Source: Octopus bimaculoides
Taxonomy: Eukaryota
Direction: 5' to 3'
Assembly (NCBI RefSeq): GCF_001194135.2
Contig: NC_068981.1
Span: forward strand, 79,966,200 to 80,030,199
Length of the DNA: 64,000 nucleotides
The position numbers and the translations under genes are program-made. Shown one piece after another: positions 26,010 to 36,496 of the stretch (positions within the stretch are counted from its first letter, which is position 1; every line of letters starts with the position of its first letter). The notes under the pieces were generated by a model. It searched no databases. It had not been told where the DNA came from and saw only the letters and a program-made list of their open reading frames with translations.

Positions 26010-26330
26010 GAAAAAGTTAATACATACATAATCAGTATGGAATATTCCATAAGTTTAAGTAGCGTTTCTGCCCAGTTTAACACAAACTTTATTGTTTTGC
26101 GAGTTTCTAAATTGTCTTCACGTCCCGACTGCATTCTGCAAACTAGTCAGCTGTGACAAGTAGTGTTTAGGAGGGTGTGATCAAAGTACTGTTATGGCCG
26201 TTTCCTCCAATCTGGAATAGCAAAAGTCGACAGGTCAGCTTATTAGATGTATAGTAATGACTTACTAAAGTTACAATAATATAACTGCCTCTCCTAAAAT
26301 AGTTTGAAAACTTCTGAAATGCACCTCGTA
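26010..26330 (-). mobile_element. mariner 5' fragment
   Basis: TIR-like TACGAGGTGCATTTCAGAAGTTT at 26330; minus translation NKVCVKLGRNAT*TYG resembles the mariner N-terminal IKFCVKLGKSATETY. Confidence 0.6.
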
Positions 26331-26614
26331 TTTGTAATGTGTGTGTTAGCTTGTTGATGTCTGATTTTGAAAACCTTAGCTTTTCCAGATTGTCGCTCAA
26401 GCATTTCTAACAAAAACCAAGTAAACCAATTATCATTGGTATATATGTAAATTTATAGTCTGGGTATAGAATTTAAAAGTTTTAAAGTAGCTGCTCGTAA
26501 TTATCCTCATTTTCTTTGATTTTCAAAAAGATATTTATATCAGCAGGGCAACTGATTTCTATAAAGGTACATAGTTTTCCTTATCTGTCCCAAACGATAA
26601 CTTGTTATCGTTTG

Positions 26615-27987
26615 GGTCCAGATGGAGTATATGTAATCTGAACCTTCCCCCCCCACTTTTTTTTTTGTTTACGGAATCCCACGTTTTAGGCTATAGAGAT
26701 TCCGATTCTGAAAAAAAATTTTTTAAATCTCGAATTCAAAATTTCGATCACCCCCTCCCCCCATTTCCACATTCTAAAATATTTTCCGAAATTTTTTTTT
26801 TTTAGAAATGCGTTAAAAAAATACGGAGATTATGATTCTGAAAAAAAATTGTTTGAANNNNNNNNNNNNNNNNNNNNNNNNNNNNNNNNNNNNNNNNNNN
26901 NNNNNNNNNNNNNNNNNNNNNNNNNNNNNNNNNNNNNNNNNNNNNNNNNNNNNNNNNNNNNNNNNNNNNNNNNNNNNNNNNNNNNNNNNNNNNNNNNNNN
27001 NNNNNNNNNNNNNNNNNNNNNNNNNNNNNNNNNNNNNNNNNNNNNNNNNNNNNNNNNNNNNNNNNNNNNNNNNNNNNNNNNNNNNNNNNNNNNNNNNNNN
27101 NNNNNNNNNNNNNNNNNNNNNGATGAGAGCTTGCTCTTTAAAAGGAAGAGCCACGTAGGGAGAATAAGGCCATCAAACGTGGGTTGTCGGGTGCTATGAC
27201 ACCACAGTGAAAAAAGGGTTCCTTCAACGTGTACCTAATAGAAGCGCAGCAACACTTGAAGCCGTTATAATTGAAAATGTGTTACCGGGTACTATATAGT
27301 ACATACGGACAAATGGGCAAGCTATAGGAATCTACAACAGCTGGGTTACATACACAAAACGGTTAACCACTCAACGAATTTCGTCGACCCTGAAACTGGC
27401 ACTTGTACGAATCACATTGAGGCCTATTGGTCCCGAATTAAAAGACGGCTGAAGTATGTGACTGGATCATCGGGCGACATGAAATGGTCCCGCGTCGATG
27501 AGTCAATGTATCGAGAAATGTATGGATTTACTGCGAAGAAAAACTTTGAGAATTTCTATACATTTCTCGAACACATTGCGGCAGTTTATCCTCCCTAAAC
27601 TCCACCAGCACGGCTTCCCCGAACACACTTCTCGACAAAACTCATATATTTCTGAAATAATAAATAANNNNNNNNNNNNNNNNNNNNNNNNNNNNNNNNN
27701 NNNNNNNNNNNNNNNNNNNNNNNNNNNNNNNNNNNNNNNNNNNNNNNNNNNNNNNNNNNNNNNNNNNNNNNNNNNNNNNNNNNNNNNNNNNNNNNNNNNN
27801 NNNNNNNNNNNNNNNNNNNNNNNNNNNNNNNNNNNNNNNNNNNNNNNNNNNNNNNNNNNNNNNNNNNNNNNNNNNNNNNNNNNNNNNNNNNNNNNNNNNN
27901 NNNNNNNNNNNNNNNNNNNNNNNNNNNNNNNNNNNNNNNNNNNNNNNNNNNNNNNAAGGTTCAGATTACATATACTCCATCTGGACC
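26615..27987 (+). mobile_element. Complete Merlin (IS1595/IS1016-like) DNA transposon
   Basis: Perfect 32-bp TIRs GGTCCAGATGGAGTATATGTAATCTGAACCTT (26615-26646 and 27956-27987); perfect 8-bp TSD ATCGTTTG (26607-26614 and 27988-27995). Two internal N gaps. Confidence 0.93.
27122..27598 (+). pseudogene. Merlin/ISXO2-type DDE transposase, C-terminal part (two frameshifts; N-terminus in gap)
   Basis: Manual translation DESLLFKRKSHVGR / WVVGCYD..VPNRSAATLEAVIIENVLPGT / IVHTDKWASY..GYIHKTVNHSTNFVDPETG..TNHIEAYWSRIK..YPP*. D, D and E residues present. Confidence 0.88.
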
Positions 27988-28613
27988 ATCGTTTGTATGT
28001 TATGTTTGTACTTGATAAGTTTTGATGGGAATCTTCTGCTAATATTCCTTGCGTTGGTGTTTCAATAACAAGAGGATTCTGTACATTATCCCTGCACAGT
28101 TTTTATTTTTTTCTTCCGATGGCATTGTTTATTGTTTTAGCGACAACGTCACAAGTTTGAGCGGCTACTGATCACATGTGATGTCTTCCACAGAAATGTG
28201 ATTTAATAGACATTTTCTGTTAGGTCTTGGGGCTGAAGGGCTTCACTGTTTCTTATTTATGAGATGTATTGCAGCAATCTCTTGCTCTTGGATTGCAAAT
28301 GCATAGCCTTCAAAGTGTGATATAGCTGTCACAAGTCCCAAGCTGCAGTTCATGTCTATATTAATGTCATCAAGTCTTCTAGACTTTTCTAGACTTTTAG
28401 TGCCAGATACAGTCTTATGTTTTGTAATGTTTTGGAGAATGTGAGTTATGGTAGCTAGTTTTCACTTACTTTAATTTTAATAAATTACTTTAACAAACTC
28501 TGAATAATAAAGGCAATATCACTTTGGTTTTCACCAAATTTTATGATGAGGACGCACTTGTGAGTTATTTAGGAGAGTAGGTACATGTATATCTATCTAG
28601 GGATCTTTTTTAA

Positions 28614-29163
28614 AACGGGGGCCACATTTTTCATTAACGAAACACTTTGAAACTTGGAACATTGGTAGAATGTGTCATATAAAACATCTTTTTCTCTTAG
28701 TCTTCTTAAAAAAAAAAAGAAATCCATCAGTTATTCCATGTTAAAGTTGTCGTATTTCTGTAATTTCAACCAATCACTGACGTCCATTCAGCCGATATAC
28801 ATTAAGTGCCGACTACATAAACAAACGATTCTGAAACAATTAACCCTAACCCTAACCCTAGGGTTAGGGTTAAAGCAAATTTAAAATGAAAAAAGCAAAT
28901 AAAACGAAGGTATGGAGATTAAATACGCTTTACATCGCTTAATCAGCCAAAGGAGTAAATATAAACAACTGAATGTAAATGTAAACAACTTGTCAGTGAT
29001 TGGTTGAAATTATCGAAATAAGACAATTTTTTACATGAAATAAATTCGAATACAAAAATATTTTTCTGTTCTATAACACAAAATAGATAAGTATACGAAG
29101 TTTGAAAGTCTTTCCGTACCAAAAACACTACGTAAAACATTAATGAAAAATGTGGCCCCCGTT
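28614..29163. mobile_element. TTAA-flanked MITE (Kolobok-like) with central telomere-repeat palindrome
   Basis: TTAA|AACGGGGGCCACATTTTTCATTAA ... TTAATGAAAAATGTGGCCCCCGTT|TTAA; homologous inverted arms; (CCCTAA)2CCCTAGGG(TTAGGG) at 28840-28873. Superfamily is inferred from the TTAA TSD and purine-purine ends. Confidence 0.8.
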
Positions 29164-29203
29164 TTAAAATAGGATAGAACTGGTTGCAAAACAAGCGGTA
29201 AAT

Positions 29204-29573
29204 TTTTTTTAAATGTTACCTTTAATGGATTCCTGCCTCATCTTTGAGATGATAGAAGTGAGTGCTTAGAGGATGATAGTTGGTAGAGTTAGAGATGTTG
29301 CTTTCTTGGGAATGGGAGACACTATTGTGTATTTCCAGAGATCGTAATACATCCAGTTAGTGAGAGAAAGAGAGGGAGGAGGGGGGAGAGAGTTTGGGGG
29401 AAAGAAAGGCTGATGAGTTTGGCGAAGATAGACGATTGTTCCAGGATTGTTAAGGGTAATGGAAAGGATATTGCCGTGCCGATGAGCTTGCCAGTATGAA
29501 GTGATCGCACTTGGCGTGTATATGTAAGAATAAAAAGTGTTGGTTTGGGGGAGAGATTTTACCTAGTATACGC
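29204..29573 (-). mobile_element. CR1/Jockey-group LINE RT fragment between 33-bp direct repeats
   Basis: Minus translation LWKYTIVSPIPKK..ALTSIISK; AGGATAGAACTGGTTGCAAAACAAGCGGTAAAT at 29171-29203 and 29574-29606. Confidence 0.7.
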
Positions 29574-29686
29574 AGGATAGAACTGGTTGCAAAACAAGCG
29601 GTAAATGTAGAGGATCTCTCCACGGAAGTACTACTTAAAATCCTTTATGATTGATTAGGGCGATGGTTCCTCCTTATGGTTCATAG

Positions 29687-30510
29687 TAGAGGCGTAGCCC
29701 GGTTCTAAAGTTAGGGGACTAAAAAAAGGTGCCATGGCACATACCATTCAATGTTTAACTCATTTCTCTTGTATTACGAAAATATTTCATTAATTATAAT
29801 GGCTCAGTGGTTAGAGCGTCGGGCTCACAATTATGAGGTTGTGAGTTCGATTCCCAGACCAGGCTGTGTGTTGTGTTCTTGAACAAGATACTTTATTTCA
29901 TGTTGCTCCAGTTCACTCAGCTATAGAAATTAGTTGCGACGTCACTGGTGCCAAGCTGTATTGGCCTTTGCCTTTTCCTTGGACAACATCGGTGGCATGG
30001 AGAGGGGGGAGGCTGCTCTGCATGGGCGACTGCTGGTCTTCCATAAGCAACCTTGCCCAGACTTGTGCCTCAGAGGGCAATTTTCTAGGTACATATGGTC
30101 ATTCATGACCGAAGGGAGTCTTTACCCTTTAATTGTATTCTACATTCATTAATTTCATGTTTCATATTATGTATGAAACTTACAACTAATGATATAGGTG
30201 TAACGTGAAAAAGATGAAACTCCACGGGATCGTCCAGTATCGAGAGGTTATGATGTCAGGATTTGTTTTGGTTCTTCAGATGTCACTGGCCACCAACACT
30301 TCATGGGAGATTGAGCAAACAGTTCAAAAACACGGGAGGTTGGTCAAATAAAATAATGACTTCAGAAAGTTTTTCCAAGGTCATACAATAAACAAAACAA
30401 AAGAATAAGATTCCACTTTTATCGCACAAATTAACTAAAGAGTTTTAAAAAATAATTGCTAAATAGGCGCCAATTTTGAAAAATGTGCTCCCCTATTAGC
30501 TACGCCACTG
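29687..30510. mobile_element. hAT-type MITE containing a SINE B insertion (29800-30130)
   Basis: Ends tagaggcgtagc ... gctacgccactg; 8-bp TSD gttcatag/gttcatgg. Confidence 0.75.
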
Positions 30511-31889
30511 GTTCATGGTAGAAAGGTTTCAAAGTTGGTTGACATTCTTTTGACAAGCAATCAAAAGGATCGGCTGCAGTTTTAGGATACAGAAAACCTT
30601 GAAAGTAGGGTCTGCCCTAGAACTACTAGTACTCATGGCAAGGTGAACTTCCGCGCCTGTATTTGTACAATTGTTAAAACTTTTCATAAGGAGAAACTGA
30701 AAATGTATGAATAGAGAGTTTGTTACAATATACTATACAAACTAAAGAAAACAGTTTAAACAGCATAAATTTTTTTAAAATCTTTCTGTTACTATAACTG
30801 AGGAAGAGAAAGAAAGGAGAGGCAGGGAAACAGACAGACAGACAGGACGTATCTACATAACTGCCAAATAGCACCCATTTTTGTTATGTATACAAGCACT
30901 AAGTGAAGAGTGTGAGCTATGGCACCTAGCTTTCACCTACTTCAATTAGAATAAATTACCGTTTATCAATAAACACTGAATAATAAATTAGCTATTTTTT
31001 TAAAGCTATGTGGACAGCTTGCAACAAGTTATACAAACTTCCTTTATATATGACTTATAACTCAATGTGATAGTTAATGAATGCAATCAAAATGTGATAG
31101 TTAATTGAAAACGAAGGAATTGGCACTGTAGACATGGTACAAAAGAAAAGAAATTGAATTGAAAAATTAATAGGAATAAATTAAAAACAAAATCAAACAT
31201 AAAAACGAGATATTCAAATCGATGAAGAATTTGTACAAACTGAGAAGCACATTGTATATTTCGTTAAGTTAATGATGATAAAAACTTTTGACACAATAAA
31301 TTGAAGAATCTTATATTATAAAAGAGAAGCTGATCTCCGCTGTCTGTCTGCCACAGCTGTTGGAGGAAGGGAAAAGGGGGAGGAGAAAAAGTTGTTGAAA
31401 AAGAAATACAGTGAGAGAGAGAGGGGGAGTGTGTGTGTGTGTGTGTGTGTGTGTATTTCTGCGTCTTTCAACATATAGACAACGCAACACAGACTTTAAA
31501 AATGACTTTCGCTTTGAAGAATTTATGAAAGTACGTGCATAATTAACAAATATTTTTACCGGCAGCGTAGTGACGGATAACGACTTAGTATAGAGTAAAA
31601 GCAGAGAAACTGAAAAAGCATACATTAGCTTTTATCTTTTGTTTCAGTCATTGGACTGCGGCCATGTTGGAGCACCTCCTTGAAAGGTTTTAGTCGAACA
31701 AATCGATCCCAGTACTTATATACTTTAGCGTGTCTGTTTACCTGACTGTTTACACTTAAGCGTGCAGTCTAACTCTAATCCCTAATCCTAACCCTTGTAA
31801 GAACGACCGTGCGAACTCAAAAAGAAGAAATGGTGACGAATGGAAAAACAGGACTCCTTTTATTTATACGCGTCACACGGTCGAACACA

Positions 31890-32610
31890 AAATTATATAT
31901 CAGAGATGATATACAGATATGTTATACTACGATAACATATGGCCAGTAAAAGAAGACGATAGAAGATGATAAACACAACCGTATGAAGATGAATAACAGA
32001 ATTATTTATTGTGTCGTTAAAATGTATGTCTGTGTGTGAGTGTGAATGCGACATATAATAACATAATAAAAGACAGGCCGTCGTACAAAAAAAAGTGTGT
32101 ATGTGAGTGATACATATATGTGTATGTGAGATATTACAGCAGATAGAAAGAGTCAGTAACACGTGAGCATTTATACCAGTTCTTTGAGTACACAATAGGA
32201 AGAGTCTGTATGTGAAAGAAGTTGAGGCTGTGTGTGGCAGATCGATCACTAGTTGTGATGTTGGCTTCCATGCCGGGCCGGGCTCTTGAGGACAGNNNNN
32301 NNNNNNNNNNNNNNNNNNNNNNNNNNNNNNNNNNNNNNNNNNNNNNNNNNNNNNNNNNNNNNNNNNNNNNNNNNNNNNNNNNNNNNNNNNNNNNNNNNNN
32401 NNNNNNNNNNNNNNNNNNNNNNNNNNNNNNNNNNNNNNNNNNNNNNNNNNNNNNNNNNNNNNNNNNNNNNNNNNNNNNNNNNNNNNNNNNNNNNNNNNNN
32501 NNNNNNNNNNNNNNNNNNNNNNNNNNNNNNNNNNNNNNGGACGAAGCTGTTGATGGAGACGAATTTTGCCGCTGAATTAAAGCATTTTATAGTTGATGGT
32601 AGGCTCACAA
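31890..32610 (-). mobile_element. LTR-like repeat, family 2 (gap-containing)
   Basis: Minus strand begins TGTCTTGTG, has CTATAAAA and later CAATAAA; similar to 23340-23930. Confidence 0.45.
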
Positions 32611-33129
32611 GACATCAGAAAAATACTCTATCACGTGACCTTATTAGGGGCCGTGATTGGTCAGTTTGCGTTCTGGTGGGAACGGTTCGAAGAAGTTGCC
32701 GCTTCGAATAATAATCAGTCACGTGATGACAAGGATTGTGTTTTCCGCTACGCCCGCGCTTGTTTATATTTAAATGAGAAGATTGTATGTAATGGCGATA
32801 GTAGTTTTGTATCTAATGGCGATAGGTAGTTTCACTACACCCTAATCATAAACCTTAATTTCACCCTAACTCCTAATCCTAATCTTAACCCAGATCAGGT
32901 CATTTCACAGCGTAGACTACCGATACTGCGGTAGACAGCACGCTAAAGTAGCACCGAAGTTTCTCTGAAAGTCAAATTACATTTAGTTGGTAATGCTCAT
33001 TAAACGCTGCAAAACGCCCTTTTTTTTCTTTTTGTTTTAGCCATGAACTTAGAACAACGGAGAAAATTAAGTCTTTATGAGAAAATTGTCTTAGAAAATT
33101 TCCCAAGATACTTTCTGTGTGAAGAATTT

Positions 33130-33600
33130 AGACTTAAATGCAAGTTAACAATATGTATCCACCCACCCATTTTCGGTGCCCACTGTTCCTGGGTGGGTCG
33201 TTGGAGTCGAGTCCTCAGGCACTTTCTCCACGGCGTCCTTACAGAAGCAACCACCACTGCATTTTCCCGCAGGAATCTCAAGTGTGACCAACTGGGAATA
33301 TAGATATTATGCAACCATCTCATTCTTGGCCTACCCTTAGATCTCCTGCTGGTTGGAACGGCTTGAATAATCTGCTTGCAATTCTTTCCAGCGACATTCC
33401 AATCACATGTCCGTAGTACCGGATTTATGGCCGCTCAATGTGGAGAAGTAACGACTCGACCTGGAGAGACTTCACGATTTCCGAAGTACGCACCCTTATT
33501 GAGTAACGTAACTCCAGAGATCCTTGAGAGAAACTCCATTTAGGCCGCTTGTATCGAACTCTTTCGGTCATTTAGCCAACATTCATTTCATTATGTTATC
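33130..33600 (-). mobile_element. 3' fragment of an RTE-like LINE (second family)
   Basis: Minus translation IRYYGHVIGMSLERIASRLF resembles the LRWFGHV C-terminal motif of RTE ORFs. Confidence 0.55.
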
Positions 33601-34879
33601 CAAGTTACAAATCTCGGTTAGCGTAATGTATTGAGCAAGAAAGAATTTTTAAACGACTTAGAAATTAAACTCGTTATGAGAAGTTAAGTCATTGGCATTG
33701 ATGACAATTCTTATCAAGCAAAGCAAGGTTGAGATATTCGAAATTTAAAATGATTAAAAATTAAACGGAGACATGCAACAGGAAACTAGTTTGATCTCTA
33801 GTAAGTACAGTAACATTTTCTTTCCTTTTTCTCCCCCCCCCCTCCAATACTTGGTTTGTTTCTATCTCACCAGACTGATTTTACTTCCCAGTCCCTTCGA
33901 ATCATTAAAATATGTGTCAATCAGCAGTGGATTCAATCGACAATACACTGGGCAAGATTTATGTATGGGCCGATATGGATCATGGCCCAAGGCCCTACAA
34001 GCTTGCGGGGGAAGAAGACAGACTTTAATTCAGAGAAACCAAACGCTTGGAGATAAAAGTTCTTAAATATATTTACAGCAATCAAGTAATTTGTTTAAAT
34101 ATTTATAATCCAAGAGTTCTTTCAAAATTATTGAGCACTTAAAAAAAAAAAATTATTGGACCCTTCTAGGTTTAAAAAGCCATTANNNNNNNNNNNNNNN
34201 NNNNNNNNNNNNNNNNNNNNNNNNNNNNNNNNNNNNNNNNNNNNNNNNNNNNNNNNNNNNNNNNNNNNNNNNNNNNNNNNNNNNNNNNNNNNNNNNNNNN
34301 NNNNNNNTATTGTCTTATTATGTTTTGAATTAGCAAAATTGTAGCGGCCCCCAAAATCTACTGGCCCAGGGAGTCCACTTGGTCCACTTGTAGGGTTGTG
34401 CTAATAACAGAGAGAAATATTGAAATGATATTTCATAATTATTAAATGTATCCCATTTTAAAACAAATATCGTTTAAGCCAGTGGTTCTCAACTGGGATT
34501 CATATGTGCTCTGAAGATCCACATCAGAATTTTGGGGGTCCACACAACAAAATAGTAAATTGGTGATCCACAATAGTATTTTAAGGGCCCCTAAAAAATT
34601 TTTGCTTTAGACATTATTTGTTTATAGTTTCAGCTTAGAGCTGCGGCCATGCTGATGCACCGCGGTATGTTTTGCAAGAAACAGCTAGATTTCTTTCTCT
34701 ACCATTTTACATAGTTCAGCCTACACAAATTAATGTCTGAAAACATTTATAAAAACATCGAATGGCTACGGGGTCCATCAGAATAAAATAGCAATCAAAG
34801 GGGGTCCATAGATAAACCCCTGATTTAAGCAAAATAGCTAGTTAGACAATCTCTATAAGAGATGAAATAATGACTACAC

Positions 34880-35003
34880 TGAGAAGTAATATTTATCGCC
34901 ACATCAATACGGCTGTTCAACGTTACTACCGTTCCCTGGGGTTGAAAACGGTAGTAACGTCTAACAGCCAGATTGATGGTGGGGGGATAAACATTACTTC
35001 TCA
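34880..35003. repeat. Long imperfect hairpin (about 55-bp arms, 13-nt loop)
   Basis: tgagaagtaat..catcaat..ggctgtt..acgttactaccgtt / loop ccctggggttgaa / aacggtagtaacgt..aacagcc..attgatg..attacttctca. Confidence 0.85.
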
Positions 35004-35099
35004 ATATCGTTTTTAAATTTTCGATCTAAACAAAGCCTGTTTATTTTAGAGTATTCTGCAATGTGATCATCAAAGATTTCTCATATAAATTAATAAAGC

Positions 35100-35400
35100 T
35101 TTTTGGTCTGTGTGGCTAATAAGCTTGCTTTGCAGCCTCACAGTTTTCGGTTCAGTCTTACTGCGTGGCACCTTAGCCAGGTATCTTCTGTTATAGCCTC
35201 GGGCCAACTAATGTCTTGTGAGCGAATTTTCCCGTGGAAAACTGTGTTGAAGCTCGTCGTATGCGTGTGTGTGTGTGTGTGTCTTTATATTTGGGTATGC
35301 CCTCACCACCGCTTGATAACCGGTGCTGGTTTGTTTACGTCCCCTGATTAGCGGTTCGACAAATAGATTCGATAGAATAATACCAGACTTTAAAATAAGT
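35100..35400 (+). mobile_element. SINE family D (CORE-like, (GT)n linker); related pieces at about 11895, 39130-39260 and 62150-62290
   Basis: ctgtgtggctaataagcttgct...ggttcagtc..actgcgtggcacctt..tatagcctcgggcc..gtcttgtgag recurring in the window. Confidence 0.75.
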
Positions 35401-36099
35401 ACCGTGATCAATTTGTTCGGCTAAACACTTCAAAACTGTGCCGTGGCATGGCCATAGCCCAATGACTGAAAACAACTATAAGGAAAGGTAACAGATTCGT
35501 TGAGGCTTTAAAAAAAAATATTTTGATGCTTTCATCGTCTGCTCCTATTATTTTTAAGTTTCTTGAAGAACATGGGAGATAACTCTCACAATTTAAGGCT
35601 TTTTTTTTTTCCTGCAGCGTTTTGAAGTGCAATTCTTGGTATATAACGTTTATTTATTTATATTACAAAGCAAGTGGTAAGCTTTTTGAAAACTTGCGAC
35701 TATGACGCCATTCTACACATTAAGCTAATTTATGCTGTTGACGTCCTTCGATAAAAGTATGAACGTCATTCCTTCCCGCTATAGCTTACATTTACGTAAA
35801 CATCATCAGTTATGTTTTGTCATTCTGTATGGCTAATAGACAAAGCAATTTTTTTTTATTATCTTTGCATATGATAATATTAATTTGATCGGCTTACATT
35901 AAAGCAACTTGATTTTAAATGAACAAATAATATATAAGAATATGGACATTATATTCTGATTATTTTACGTCAACATAGATTCTTTTAATCTATTTACTCA
36001 TTATTGCCAATACATTAACTTTGATAATTTCGTTTCCAAAGCAGTTAAAACGGCAAATAAATGATTATAAAGTGAAATAAAATTCAGTGTAAAGGATAC

Positions 36100-36328
36100 A
36101 CGGTGCTTTTTACGCGCCTTTAACACGTGCGACGGCTGGCGTGCGATGATGGTACGCGCATGCTCAACGAGAATCGACGTAATTGGCACGTGAATGGTAG
36201 ATGAGCGTGTTGCTTTAATTATTTGTGACATTCTTTTTCCTGCTCTATTTTCTTTACCTTGCAATGCGTTAATTTCTCCAAGCTGTCACTGTATTGAAGC
36301 AATAAAAGCAGCAGTGAAACATGTAAGT
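36100..36328 (+). promoter_or_regulatory. Candidate CpG-rich promoter and non-coding first exon
   Basis: CACGTG (36124, 36187), NRF1-like GCGCATGCTC (36156), ATTGG (36182), then donor AAACAT|GTAAGT at 36323. Motif evidence only. Confidence 0.35.
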
Positions 36329-36444
36329 AATGAGGACCTCTCTCTCTCTATGTGTATATATATATATTAATGCTGCATGAAAGAAGAATACCGTTATCAG
36401 CTCTGTCACTTGTCAGATACACACACACACACACACACATATAC

Positions 36445-36496
<52 letters not shown>

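Noticed and set aside
26615-27987. Bacterial IS1595 contamination
   Set aside because: The TSD-defined insertion is embedded in animal repeats, and the protein motifs fit eukaryotic Merlin.
28840-28873. Chromosome-fusion or true telomere site
   Set aside because: Only five units, in C-strand-then-G-strand order (opposite to end-to-end fusion), and inside a MITE.
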